From the NCBI RefSeq assembly GCF_036321535.1, contig NC_087436.1, positions 9,114,001 to 9,178,000 on the forward strand: a stretch of DNA of 64,000 nucleotides, written 5' to 3'. Source of the stretch: Camelus dromedarius. Lineage: Eukaryota. Numbering within the stretch: the first letter of the stretch is position 1; the number at the start of each line of letters is the position of its first letter. The position numbers and the translations under genes were made by a program. Below the pieces are notes generated by a model. That model was not told where the DNA came from and ran no database searches. It was given only the letters and a program-made list of their open reading frames with translations. This document shows, piece by piece, positions 1-13,860 of this stretch.

Positions 1-899
1 CTTATTGACTCCATAGGCATATTATTTTCTTCCCACTAGATATTCTGGGGAAAAAAAGTCTTCTCAGAGATACAGGGTCCAAAAGCAGAGGAGGTAGCTG
101 GAAACTGACACTGAAACATTGAGTGTCTGTCCCACTCAGTACACCCTATGTGGGGACATGGACAAATGATCTTGGAACAGTGCAAATGGAAGTGTCAGAA
201 CTGAGATGTTGGCATAATATTAAACCCTTGAAATGGACTGGGGACATGTATTTTCAACTGGTACCACCTGCTGATTCTTTGTGAGAATATACAAAGATAA
301 GATTAAAACATGCAAGTAAGAGACTACAAAATATAATAAACCATTGGGAAGATCAGAGATTAATTGGTGCAGGTGACCAATTAAGAGTGATGGAAAGAAG
401 GACTGAGGGAAATCTTTGGAGATTTGCTCTTGCTTCCACCTCTACCTAGCGACAAAAATCTTATTAATGCCCTTTCCAATGGTACCATAACACATATGTC
501 TGCAGCAAAACCCCCAAAGCCCACTGCCCACAGGATACTCTCAGTGCAGCCCAAACCCCCAGCTGGCGTAGGCTGGCTGATTATATATTCTTGCTCATGT
601 AATTCTTTATCTACTGTATTTCAAAATCACGAAGATTTATGGATTGCAGTCTAAGGGCATTAGACCTACACAAAGCTCTTCCTTTCGAAGTGTTAAAAGG
701 TAAACTTCTCAGTATAGGAGCTCAGGGAATATTTGTAGCACCTGGAAGATCAGAGACCTTCTTTGGTGCCTAAGGATTTTAACTCTGTGACCTCTTTCTC
801 TCAAATCAAATCAGGATTAACAGAGAACAGTGCCTGACTATCTGCCCTTCTCAACTTAGATAACATCTTCCCATTGGAACATGATTTTGCAGATCAAAA

Positions 900-1544
900 C
901 AACTAGTCACCTTAGAAGTACAATTACTAAAATAGTTGAACTCAAATACAATTACTGGAAGGTCCATCAAAGGCAAAATAGACAACATAAACCATGTGAA
1001 ATAATTACAATTTTAAAATAAACATGATGGGCATATTGAAGAAAATGTTTTAGTAAGTGAAATAATAAGTATTCATAGAGAAAAAACTAAGTAGATATAT
1101 CAAATATAAAAAATATAATAGTTGAAATGATGAAGTGAGAAATGAATTAAAAAGCAGGATGAAGGAAACTCAACGGTTAGTGAAGTGTAGACTTAATTAA
1201 GACAAAAAATCCTGAAAAGAGAGTTAGAAAATCTATCAATGATGCTAAGTGATATAAGTCTTCTAAGTAGTAATGCCATCGACTGTTGATAGGAATTCCA
1301 GGAAAAACAGCAATCTAAAAATGAACGCAGAAAAGAGTAGAAGAAATAGTGAAAATGCATTATCCACAATGTTCAATTAGTCTAGAATCAAGAGAGCTTA
1401 AAAAGTATTAATTAGGATATAAGAAGAAATTTAAAACTACTTGCATTGAGTGAAATAGAAAGAGATCAATGACAAAGGCATATAACATGTATGTATATAT
1501 AGCATGTATATATAAGTATATATATTTAAATTCCATAAAGAGTA

Positions 1545-1596
<52 letters not shown>

Positions 1597-4150
1597 TAAT
1601 TATATAGATACCAGACTTCTCAATAGCAATGTACTTGTAATAAGACAATGGAATGTTTTATAGTACTAAGTTTATTTCTTAACATTTATGTGTGAGTTCA
1701 TAATAAAATATCCTTAGGCATAAGGGTGGCAAAAAAAATAGCTTCAATATTTTCAGTTGTCAATAATTCAGCAGAATTCTCCACTGTATGACTTTCTTTC
1801 TTCTTTCACTTTGAAAGTCACTCTTTGAGAAAATATTTTATTAAGATGAGAGAAAAGACTCCAGAAGAATTACAAAGAAAATAACCTCATGACATCAGAT
1901 ATATTGTTGCCTAAATAACAAGGACTTAAAAAAGAAAAAGGAAATAAAAACTAGTTCTTAAGGTAAAGGGAGAGATACTGACTACCAACTTGCTGTGTTT
2001 TGGGAGGAGAGGCAGAATTAAACAAAGGGGTTTGAGTCTAATCTAAATAAAATGTGTGTTGTTCTATGGGAAGATATAAATATTAAGGAAATTAATAAAT
2101 CAATAAATAGAATATAAATCTGAGTTTTAAGTATGGATTTCCTACAATAATGATTAAAACCAAATGATAACATTTAGACCAATTCAAGAAAATGATGCCT
2201 ATACAATGAAAGAAAAAAGTAAAATGAACAAAAAAGTACAGTAAAACACATATGAAATATAAACAGCAGATAGCAAAAACAAAACCAAATGTAGGAGTAA
2301 TAAATAATAATTGCAAATGGTTTAAATTAACCATTTAAAATTCTGATGGGTCAAAAAATAAGGTCTAGCAATATGCTGTCTTCAGGAAGTGCTTAAAAGA
2401 CAAAAATGTCCAGTTACATCTATCTATTCAAATAAGAACAAAAAGATATTTGACATGGCAATACTAGACTCTTGAGATCACATGCTTGTAAAAAAAAATA
2501 TGGCAAATATGGTGACGGTATTAGAGAAAAATTATAGTCGTAACAGGAAGCATAGAACAAGAAGATAGAACCATCATCAACACATATTCATCTAGTAGAC
2601 TTATCACTGAATTAATGTATAAATTAATTATATAAAATCATGATTCAGTGGCAAGATAAGCAATATATATATACAAATAAACAAGTGGGCCAACAAGCGG
2701 TGGTGTGGTCTTTAACAACATCCCAGAAACCGAACATTCAAGCAAGGCACAGTCTGAGCCATGAGATCTAAAAAGAACCCGCTCAAGCTATTAGAGAGGT
2801 AAAGAATCCTGTACACAATGAAGACAACATGCATTGTTTTAAAGCACGCATGTCACACTTATAACAACTGAATATGTATTAGGTCATAAATGGAGCATCA
2901 TAAAAACCGATGGGAAAATTATGCATATAATTTTACCAGATAATAATCAGCAATGTTGGAATAATAACAAAATGATGCTGAAATTAGTACCCTGTAACCA
3001 GAATCTAAATAATGGATTACTAAACCATCTTTCGATTAAAAAGGAAACCATGAAATGATTCTGAAATATTTAGATTGAAGCAAAGGAAATCACTGCATGA
3101 CAAAATGCATGGAGCGCTCGAAAAACAACTTTTGGAGGAAATTTATTGCTTTAATTATCAGGAAATAAGAAAGGTTATAAAATTCAAACCGCGCATTCAA
3201 CTTAAGAGGTTAAAACATAGCTGCAGCACAAACAAAAAGGAACAAGAAGGGTAGGTATCAGGGAAATACAGAACAAAAAGAAATAAAGAATATAAACAAA
3301 ATTTAAATTGGGACTTTCTTTTTGTGAAGATGAATAAGACAAATGCTTTGCAAGACTGAATTGAAAAGTAAAAGAATGTTAAGAGTAAACAAAATGTGGT
3401 ATGAAGAAAATTGGAAATACAGAAAACTAAGATTTAATGTAAAGTGTATTGAAATAGTATATTCTAATATGTCTCATCTAATAATTGTATATGTAAATGA
3501 TATATTTCTGGAAAAAATGCAAAATATCATAATAGTATAGTATTTTTATTTACCTCTGCATAGGTAAGTAAAATTTTTTTAAAAACACCACCACAAATAC
3601 AAACAAAACAACAGAAATGCCTGAAATTGCCATGAAAAATCTCTCTTCCCAAATACAAAGACCCAAATACTTTAGCAGATGAGTTCTACTATATGTTTAG
3701 GAAATAAATGTTTCATATATTTGAAAAAATTTTCAAGAAAGCATAAAATGACAAAAGATGCACTACTGTTTGTGTGAGACTAGAGCAATCAAGTAAAAAC
3801 AATTCTCTGCAAACCATATACTATAAACGCTTAGAAATTCTCACAAGTTCCATAAGGCACAGGGTAGCAGGATGGCCATTACAGCGTTGTTTGTGGTAAA
3901 AGGCACTGGTGGCAGCTGACGTGGTCATCACTAGGAGACCTGATTTGTGAAGACTGGGCGTTCAACAAATAGAAACAATAATCAAATGTCATGAAAGATC
4001 TTAAAAACAAAGTACTGAACGAGAAATTAATCAATGGCACAAGAACAAAAGCAATGCTTTTTATGTGAATTCAAAACACAAAAACACAAGAATATACAGG
4101 TTTATGAGAGTACGCACAGAGAAAACTTAGTCATCGAACAAATTAAACTG
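900..4150 (+). mobile_element. Ancient, highly degraded L1 (L1M/L1ME-like) with ORF1, ORF2 and 3' remnants
   Basis: A-rich plus strand. 2280-2400 resembles the ORF2 endonuclease start (NGLN...ICCLQE) and 3660-3780 resembles the DGFTGEFYQ..F..LFQ region. Boundaries approximate. Confidence 0.7.
1545..1595. repeat. (AAT)17 microsatellite
   Basis: Perfect trinucleotide run read directly. Confidence 0.97.
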
Positions 4151-4921
4151 GTTGACATAGGGAAAGAGTTAAATAGAGAATGAAGATAAAAAGACAGAGA
4201 GATTGATACAATGGTGGGTAAATGATTGGTAGGTACATAGATGATTGGCAGGTAGGTAGATAAACACACAGATACATACTCATAGAGAGAAAAAAATAAA
4301 AAGATAATTCATTTCACTAGATGAGGATAACAGGTATTTAACATGCCTTAATTAGCTGTTTTGTATGGAATTCAAACAGAAGAGATGCGTACATACATAT
4401 CCACATAATTTTTTAAAAAATAAGATCTTTAGCAAGTAGAAGCAACGATGGAATGTGCCATTTCTAGGCTGAGCTCTAGCTGGGGGAAGATAATTTCCTT
4501 CGTATCTGTAACTATGGGCATGTCCTCATAAAGATTTGAAATGCAAATTTATATCACTGATATGACCATCAAAACTCAAGAAATAAATTTAAAGTGTTTG
4601 TACTTTGGTAAAGCTTTAAGATCCTTAAAGCAGAGAGGTTTTCATATCTGGTAATCTGTGTTCTTGGCTCATGACTGACAAGGTTCTCAAAGACAGGAAT
4701 TAAAAGAACAGAATCTCAGAATCCAAACTGCCATTTATGTCATGTGAATGTCAGTGGAAGCAAAAATAGACTAGCTAGGCTGTCCCATGTCTCAAACATT
4801 GGGGTTACTGGACATAGAATATAAAATGAAGAGATTAAAATATTTAAGGAGATGCAGAGAATTAGAGACATACAAGTAAGGGGTGGGACCCTTTTAAATG
4901 TGTACCAAGCTAATTAAAAAT

Positions 4922-5356
4922 TGTAATAGAAAAGAACAAATCTGACTCCATATTAGATCTGTTCCTTTGGCTTTAACCCTGTGTCCTGTTTTCTAGGCTT
5001 GGTCTTGCTAGCTCTGCACTCATGTAAAGATAACAAGTTGCAGAATAGAGAATAACATTTGTTTTGTGGTTTACAGGGACACCATGAGCTGGCCCACGTG
5101 ACAGCTGTGGGAACAGGTAATTCCTACACCAAGAAGTTTGCAACAACCAACCACACCCCCAACTCCCCCCACCTTTTTTTTTTTTGTATAAAGGGAGCCT
5201 ATATTCTGGGGGAGGATGGTTCTCCAAGACATTAATCTGCCGTCCTCTCGGTCTGCTGGCTTTCCTAATAAAGTCGCTATTCCTTGCCCCAATACTTCGT
5301 CTCCCGATTTATTGGCCTGTCGTGCGGTGAGCAGAACGAGTTTGGACTTGGTAACA
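4922..5356 (+). mobile_element. ERV1-class solo LTR (MER41-like)
   Basis: TGTAA...TAACA termini, 4-bp TSD AAAT (4918-4921 and 5357-5360), TATAAA near 5188 and AATAAA near 5267. Confidence 0.88.
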
Positions 5357-5559
5357 AAATGACCTAACTAGTTAACAGGTTGAACAGCACCAAGCTGAAG
5401 AATTGGAGAAGCGGAAGACAAATCTGAACAGCTCAACCAAAGAAACTGGAATCAACGCAGCTGACTGCCACCAGATGTCATCAGAAATACTACTGTTTGA
5501 CAACATGTGTAGAGTTATTTGTGAATATCAACTAGATTTGGATATGCAGATATACTGTG

Positions 5560-5890
5560 AAGTAGCAAACCCACTTTTGATAATGTATACTAGAGTAATG
5601 TCTGCATACGTGCTTTTGGAAAAATGTATCAGAATGCTCCTAGCAACAACTGTAATAAAAATCTGAAACAAACTATCCTTCATCTGGTAAATGTGGCATA
5701 TTTATAAGTGGAGTATTAATTATAGAGGAAATAAATAAATTGAAGCTATTGAAATCATTATGATTAAATAAAATGTTACAATTCTGTAACATTTTCTAAC
5801 ACATAAAATCACTATCATTTATCAACATATCCATATATATTAAACTTGCAAAGAATACAATGGGAGTGCTTAACACAAAATTCAAGGAAA
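5560..5890 (+). mobile_element. Old L1 (L1ME-like) 3' fragment
   Basis: Degenerate L1 3'-end motifs (agaatgctcctagcaaca..., ggtaaatgtggcatattta). Confidence 0.5.
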
Positions 5891-5899
5891 ACACTTTCT

Positions 5900-6181
5900 T
5901 CTTTTAAATTTTATTTTCTATTGAATTGTAGTTGATCGACAATGTTAGTTTCAGGTGTACAGCAAAGAGATTCAGTTATACATATACATATATACATTTT
6001 TTCTTTTCAGATTGTTATTATAAGAAATTGAATATAGTTCTCTGTGTTGTACAGTAGGTCCTTGTTGTTTATCTATTTTATATATAGTAATGTGTACCTG
6101 TTAATCCCAAACTCCTGATTTATCTCTCCCTTTCCCTTTCACCTTTGGGAACCATAATTTGTTTTCTATGTCTGTGAGTCT
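5900..6181 (-). mobile_element. Cetartiodactyl-type L1 3' UTR fragment
   Basis: T-rich tail followed by gtttcaggtgtacagcaaag...tacagtaggtccttgttg...tttctatgtctgtgagtct, the characteristic reverse-complement L1 3' end. Confidence 0.85.
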
Positions 6182-6843
6182 GAAATTTGTAATTTTAAAA
6201 AACTCATCCAAGTAAGTAGAATAGTATAACGCTTTTAAAGAGGTAATTAAGTAAGGAATATCGTTGGGAAGACGTACAGAGGGGCTTAAACAATATTTTT
6301 GCTATCTTATTTCTTTCTTTGACAACCCCCATAGGGGCTTATTCAATTATTTTTATATGTTATTGTATATCAGAATTATTTTCTAATGAGTGATAGGAAA
6401 AGAATTTATCTAAATGCCAAATTCCAACAAACTAAACTAAAAAGACAACTTAAAACATCTTTTGTGAATTTCATTATCACAGAGGAAATACGTTGATGCA
6501 TGGAGACTTGATATCATGTGTCTGCACAGGTGTATGATTGAAACTGCTGCTTCATATAAAAGGCCGTGTGCAGAAGGTTGCAAATAGGTCCTGAGGGGAT
6601 GGAGTGTGTGGACCACCTGCCCGATTAGCACCGTGGCTGAGCCGAGCTGACAAGCAGCTTCTATTTTTATCTAATCTTTAAATTCCAGGAACCTCACTTC
6701 ACTAAACCATAGCTTTCTAGTAGGACTGGACAAGCTTTCCATCTGTTAGTCCTTCCTAACCTGGATTTCCCTCAAGGGCTCTACTGATAGATGGTTAGTA
6801 TTTCTGATAAACTCTTCACATCCTCTGACATTACATTATTGGG

Positions 6844-6872
6844 AAAACAAAACAAAACAAAACAAAACAAAT
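6844..6872. repeat. (AAAAC)n short repeat
   Basis: About five pentamer units read directly. Confidence 0.9.
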
Positions 6873-7599
6873 AACTCCACAGAGCTAAAATTTAAGCAGA
6901 ACAAGTATCTTGAAATAATTTAAAAAATTATTCATATTATCAAAAACTCACTGCAAGAAGATTTAAGAATTAATATAGATTCTTTATAAATTCTTATACA
7001 TTTTTAAGATTTATAATTACAAAAATTATCCAAGATTTATTATACAAAAAGTATGTTCTATTATTTTTAATGTTTTTGCCTTATGCACAATATAGACCTG
7101 TATGCAAAGTTAAATATATTTACAACTACTTGAGCTATTTTGCTTGAAGAAACAATAAAAATGCATCTTTGAGGTTACGAAACATGCCTACAATTGCTCT
7201 TTAAATGTTAACTTTAATTTCACTTTGTATTCCATCCATTTTTATATTTGGGAAGATATAATGCTGGGGTACTGGCAATGAGAACGTAGTATGCCACAAA
7301 CACATTCTGAAATAGTGGGATGTATTATGAGAAAATTTCAGTATTTAGCCAATTACACGTGTGTGCATTCTTAATTGATTCCATTAATAGTTATAAGCTA
7401 GAGAAGGTACATATATACTTGTGAAGCTTGGAACAGGTAATGAGACACATGAGGGTGAGGGTGGTGTAGATCAGGGTCCTTTATGTGTTGTTCTGGGACA
7501 TCAGTGTTGAGGAAGATGTTCCAAGAGTTAGGGACAAGGCTAGACTGGAATTATAAAACTTTCATCTAAATCAGTGGCCATAAAAGAAAGCAAAGGTAT

Positions 7600-8850
7600 C
7601 AAGTGACAGGGAAATAGATCAAATGTTTATGTTGGTTTTCCAAAAGTGAGAATACATCTGATCAACTTCAGATTTTCAACTTGTCGTCTATTCAATTAGA
7701 GTATTATTTGAACATTTTTAGGTTGACATACAATTTAAATGGATTAGATTTCTAAACTAATATAAGGGGGATACACTACTTTGTGTCAAAGAATAAAGTC
7801 TTTGAATAAAGTCAAAGAATAAAGAAGGTGTGGTATATTCACACTCTTAGTTAAGAGAGAAAAATCAATTAGCCTACAGTCTTTCAAGGTTACAATTCAT
7901 TATTACATCGAAAACAATGCATAACTGTATTGGAAAGCAAGTTCATTAGTTCTTCACTCTTTGAACAGGTGTGATTCTATCGATTTGAAATTTAAGGAAC
8001 AACATCTCAAGATCATTGAGGAAATCTTTTTAAAATAAGGTAGAAATCTTATAAACTTCTTAAATAGTTAGAAAGCTACATGCATATCTTTCAAATAACA
8101 GTCAAAATTTCTAAAAGTGTGAGAAGGTAACAAACGTCTGAGACAATCTAAAACTATTTGATATTGGAACCCCAACAGGTGCTGAGTGGCTAATACGTGT
8201 GATGCAACAGGAGTGAAGGAGGAAAAGAAAAAGGCCAGGAGTCATGTGTTAATTTCTTACACTCATTGGTAGTCAGAGATTTTCAGTTCTCACAATGGAA
8301 AAATTAGCCCCAGAACTTCAGGCATAATTGAAATCATAATACATTCTTATATGTGCGTGCTGTGGTTGGGTTAAAGTATTCACATTTCAAACTTTTGTGA
8401 AGTCAAATAAAAATCAAGATGCAGGAGAATAATCTAATTAGATTCAAAGCTGTCAAATTTAGCCTCATTGGAAATTGAGAAGTAGATGGAAATGAACATA
8501 ATATCAGTTACTGCGTATTTATTGAGGTCTATGTAAGATCATCAGTATTGTCACGTACAAACCACCTACTGTTTCAGATGCCTGTTAATATCATATTGGT
8601 CTGCCAAGTCAGTGCATGAAGAATCACAATGGTCAGGAGAAGTCAAGAGCCACAGTGGAATGGGAAAGCTAATAATAGCCTGTAAATAGCATAATCTGTA
8701 ACTCAGAAAAATAGGAAATGGTTATGTCTATAAACATGGAGAGAACAGGGCAAGATCACGCTCAAATTTTAAGGGGACTATAGGGAATGATTGGGCTACA
8801 AAGAAGGTCGAGGTTAAGAGATCAGAAACATCCACACAGATGTCTGAATT
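7600..8850 (+). mobile_element. Possible very old CR1/L3-like LINE remnant
   Basis: Patchy resemblance to CR1 RT motifs (NYRPVSLTS-like near 7663-7692) and to the CR1 3' region near 8660-8830. Heavily diverged. Confidence 0.3.
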
Positions 8851-8887
8851 GTGCACGAAGGTCACAGGTCTGGAAAAAAAAAATTCG

Positions 8888-8960
8888 TATTTCTCAAATT
8901 TTGAGTGTGCATAAGAATCACTGGGGAACTTGTTAAACTGAAGACTTCCTTAAATTTCAC
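8888..8960. mobile_element. MER5-type hAT-Charlie fragment
   Basis: tttctcaaattttgagtgtgcataagaatcactggggaacttgttaaa matches the recalled MER5 terminus. Confidence 0.6.
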
Positions 8961-11900
8961 TTTAAGAGGAGTGAATGAATTCAGTATGCTTCATCTAAAA
9001 TATCTTTAAAATAAATTCTTCCTAGGAGCCTTTTCTTATACTTTCTCTCAAAATCATGTTGGAAACGTAGAATAAAAACACATCATAATTGAAGTTTACA
9101 TTCAGTTGGTTTGTGTTTATTGGGGGATTCAATTAATTCTTTATACTCAGTTCTGCCCTTTGTTCTCTTGTCCCTAAACATTTTTCACTCCAAGACTTTC
9201 TTAAAAATTGTTGTTGAAAAATTTTGTTGTAAAATTGTAGAATAGTGGTCTCATGCTAGATTTGTACTCAAATTGGTGGAACGGTGGCTGAAACTATAAG
9301 CACCATGTTACAGCAGACCCTCTGTGACTCACAGTGAGCGTCTTTGAGTTTTGGAATGGTGATTGGATTTCTCTAAAATAATTTCAGAGTTAGTTTCTGA
9401 TAAGAATAAAACTAGCTTTATAATATACAAGGCTATGTAAGCTTCTAAATTCATTATAACTCTTTTTTTTTTTTTTTTAGATAACCTTTATTTGCTTCAG
9501 TTTTTATACTGTGATATTGGTCATTTTCAGACCTGAGTTATATCTGGCATCATTTCAAGTTTCAATAAGCATTGTTCTTACAAGCTGTCCTCCTATAAAG
9601 ACAGGATAATTTAGGCTACTTAGCAGATTGAGCTACGTAACACGATGACATTCGAAGTCAGAAGATGACTGTGAAAAAGTCCGTGGCTGTGATGACCATC
9701 TTTCAACCATAAAACAAGTTTCCAAGTGGCTGGAATCCCACATTCAGCCACATGGAGACAGTGAACTCTAAAAATTCCTACAACACAGTGGAAATACCCA
9801 TTCTGGCCACTTTCTCTAAAATATTCAGGATTGAAATTCTCCTTTTACCGTATCAGTGTGGAAAAAAGGTGATAGTTATAGTTATTTTTCCTGCTTGATG
9901 TGGAATGACTTTATTTTTAACTGATAGCTATAAAGTAATTGTTTTAAGGTGTTGGTTTTCAATGTCCCAAACAAAACAAAAATAAAATCTGTGGCCATAC
10001 CCTAGACAAGTTTTCCACTCTATCCAAATCCCATCTTGACTAACTTCGCTTTAGAAAAGAACTTTGTAATCCTGGAGTTTCTCAATTGGCACCATAATGC
10101 TCTTATTTTATTTTTTAAACCAGCTTCTGCCCTAGGTTTTCCTCTCAGGACATGAGAACTCTAGGTGCTGTTTTTGTTCTTGTTTGGTCATAGGCCTCCC
10201 TCCTGTTTCATTTTTTTCAACTCCTCTCATTTGGTCTTTGATTTTTATAAGTTTTTGCTTTTTAAAAATATTATTGCCTTTCATGAGATGCTTTATCAAG
10301 AGGTATATTATGTATCTTATTTACATCCTGTGACACATTTTTGAAAATATTTAAGGACATTTTTCAACATACCTGACCACAATTAACATCATGAAAGGTA
10401 AATGCTTGTTCAGAGATTCAGGATCATTATGTTGCTTTTGGCTTAGTTCAATTCCTATTAGAATTTCCTAAAGTAAGTTGAAACCTTCTTTTCTTAGTAC
10501 CTGCTTTACCTGCCTTAGTAAATGCAGATAATACACACACTATATTTTCCCTCTTTTAAGTTTCTTCTGGGAACAATTTACATTCACACACTTGACATTT
10601 CCCATCCTCATTTCATATCAATCTCCATATACTGTTGAAGTAAGAAATCAATGTGGGATTGATTATTAATCAGTATAATTAAATATCTAATAATATTTTG
10701 ATCTTCCTCATATACTCTTTTATAATTAAAAGGTATGTTACAATAAAGTTTACTTAAAGAATGCTTAACAGTATGTACTTTTACTCATACAACTTAGTTG
10801 CATAATTGAGCTTTTTTTGTGCACACTAGCAATATTTTCAAAGCGTTCATGTTTTCTAAAAAAGAATGATGATAATAATAATAAAAGCCATACACTTCTC
10901 TTCTAATAAATTTTGCAAATGGTCCTCAAATCAAGTTTCTCCATAAACAAAATGTTGTCTAGTCGGATTCTCTCCAGTTTCTTATAAAAGATACTGATAG
11001 TCTGTTGTCTTAAGTTTGCATAATTCATCTATTTATTATTTGTGTTATATGCTACTATTTTAAATTGTGCTTTTTCCCTTTTCTTTTCAAATATATTCTA
11101 AATGCCCTCCCTTGTGATCCTACTGACTCTTCCAGTTCCTTTGTTACATCTTAACATCATTTAATCGCCCACATGTCCTTAACTCTTCTGAGATTAGTCC
11201 TTTAACTATGATGTGGTTATCATTGTTTGCTTTTGTTATCTCACTCCATTATTTTCACTTCATTCTTTTCTTCTCCTGTCTATCATCCATAAAATTATGA
11301 ACTATTTTTTGACGTACTGGTTTCCCATCTGTTTTTAATCTTTGAATAACAAAGACTCTTTCCAATGCAGTTGTTATAAACTTCTTCTACATAAGGAAAC
11401 TTTCACATTCCTTATTTTCTAAATATAAAACCATGATTGCATTTAAATTTCAAAAAGCCTGTTTTAATGGCTTCCTGAGTTTTATTGATAGTCTGTATTG
11501 ATCAATGTGCTGTATCAACTAAAACTCTTCGTATTGAATGAAAGGACACAGTAAACTCATCCTTCCAAATCTTATATTGTGTAATAAAAATGCTAAATTT
11601 AGATGCTAACTTTTAAAAGAAAAACAATATGTAACATTATATTTGAGAATTAGCTATCTTAAATTTGGCCTGGACAGTTAAGTCATTTAATTTTCTTTTT
11701 CCTGAAATCTCATTGATTTGCTATTGTTTGATTAAACTAACTGCCATCTCTTAAAATAATTCTATTTCTTTATCCTCTAAAACAATACATGCCTTTGAAA
11801 GATTTGAATTTGGACAATTATGCTTTCTTAATTCATCTCTCTGGAATTAATCAAGGTTCCAATTTCACAAAACTTTTCTGGAAAATTACTCTTATTACTT

Positions 11901-12383
11901 ATGAAGTGAAGTCTGAAAGTGAAACTCTCCTTGAAAGTGTTTTTTTCTGTCCTGTCTCCAGTTTTTCTCTTCTGTTCTTCCTGGAGACTTGTGTACACTT
12001 TCTAAATTCACCTTTCATCCTGTAGATCCAGTGAAAAATAGACTAAAAAATTAAGAAACACATTTTCTTCCCTTTCCCTTGCTCAATATTTACCTTAATT
12101 ATTTTTTCTAGATTTTTTTCTTTCTTAATTATTCAACTATATCTCTATTGGCATATTCATTTTTCTCTTGGTTTCCTTGTTTAAATTTCTTTAACAGCTT
12201 TTAATATGACAACAGGCCTTTCTGCAACCCTCAGATCTATTGTTTTCCTCTTAAAATAGGCATTTAACCTACTGATGAAGAATTCTTAATTAAAAGTAAC
12301 CTATGGGGTACTTGCATGATATTTTCCTGATTGCCTCTGGGTCTTGTTGCTGGAGGGGTGAACTTTTATCAATAGATGGTATA

Positions 12384-12820
12384 TGTGATGGTTAATGTTC
12401 TATGTCAACTTGACTGGGCCATACAGGGTGCCCACACATTTGATCAAACATTTTTCTGGGTTTGTCTAGTGTTTCTGGATGAGAGTAACATTAGAATCAG
12501 TAGACTGAGGAAAGCAGATTGCTCTCCCTAATGTGGGTGGGCCTTGCCCAATCAGTTGAAGACATGAATAGACGGAAAAGACTGAGTAAGAGGGAAGTCC
12601 TCCTGCTTGACCACATGAGCTGGGATATTGGTCTTTACCTGCCTTTGGACTTGGATTGAAATATTGGTTTTCCGTGGGTCTCAAGCCTGTTAGCTCTCAG
12701 ACTGGAATCACCCATTGGCTTTCCTGGGTCTCCAGCTACCAACTGCAGATCTTGGGGCATCTCAGCCTCCATAACTGTGTGAGCCAATTCCTTATAGTAA
12801 GTCTCAGTCTCTCTCTCTTC
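12384..12820 (+). mobile_element. ERVL MLT2 LTR, 3'-truncated
   Basis: Starts tgtgatggttaat...gtcaacttgactggg. Contains aaagcagattgctctccctaatgtgggtgggcc and cagcctccataactgtgtgagccaattcctt. The terminal ctaataca is absent. Confidence 0.9.
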
Positions 12821-12824
12821 TTCA

Positions 12825-13860
12825 CATATTTGAAAGCATCAATTTTAGATACTTATTGTGTAAAATTATCCTGCCCTCTTGAAGAATCCACTCCTTTATC
12901 ATTATGAAATGCTTTTGTTTTTCCCCAGTAAAATATACTTTACCCTGAAATCAGCTTTGTCTTACAGTGATAATGCTAGACTAGCTTTTTTCTTTAATTC
13001 ATGTTACCATGTGATATCTTTTTCCATCCTTTAACTTTTAATCTATTTGGATATTTACATTTAGAGTGCATTTTATAGGCAGCATATAATTATCTCTGGT
13101 CTTTTTATCCAATCTGACAATCTCTGCCTTTGAATTTTGATATTTTGACAATTTACATTTAATGTGATTATTAACGGACTTAGATTGGAATCTGTTTTCT
13201 CACTATCTTTTACATCTGTATCTTCTGTGGTTTGTTTACCTTCATTTTATTCTTCCTCCTTTTTGATTAACTGAGCATCCTTGCTGTCCTTTTATCTTCT
13301 TTGTAAGGTGTTGATTTGCCCTCTGTTTATCTTCTTTGGTAAGGTGTTCTTTCAGATATTTTGCCCAATTTTAATTGGGTTGTTTCTTATTGTTGCATTT
13401 TAAGAATTCTTTAACTATTTAGCTACAAGTCCTTTATCAGATATGTCTTTGCAAATATCTCTCCCAGTCTGTGGCTTGTCTTCCCAGTCTCTGACAGTGT
13501 CCTTTGAAGAGCACACATTTTTAATTTTAATGAAGTCTAGCTTATCAATTATTTCTCTCATAGATCATGCCTTTGATGTTGTAAATAAAAAGTCATTGCT
13601 ATACAGAATATATATATTCTAGGTTTTCTCCTTTGTTAACTTCTAGGAGCTTTGTAGTTCAGTATTTTTCATTTAAGTCTATATTCTATTTTGCATTAAC
13701 TTCTTCCTTATTACCTACAATTCTTCCACTTTTTAAAATTTGTATTGGCCCTTTGAGGATTATAGTACACAGATTTAACATATCTGTGTCCACTTTGAAG
13801 CCAAATTATGTCATCTTGCATAGTATATCTGTTTTAAATAATAGTGTTTTCATTTCTTAA
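12825..13860 (-). mobile_element. Old L1 fragments (ORF2 endonuclease region, plus an ORF2 C-terminal piece at about 13340-13700)
   Basis: ttccatcctttaacttttaatcta...atccaatctgacaatctctgcc (endonuclease region) and cctttatcagatatgtctttgcaaatatctctcccagtctgtggcttg (late ORF2), both reverse strand. Confidence 0.85.
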
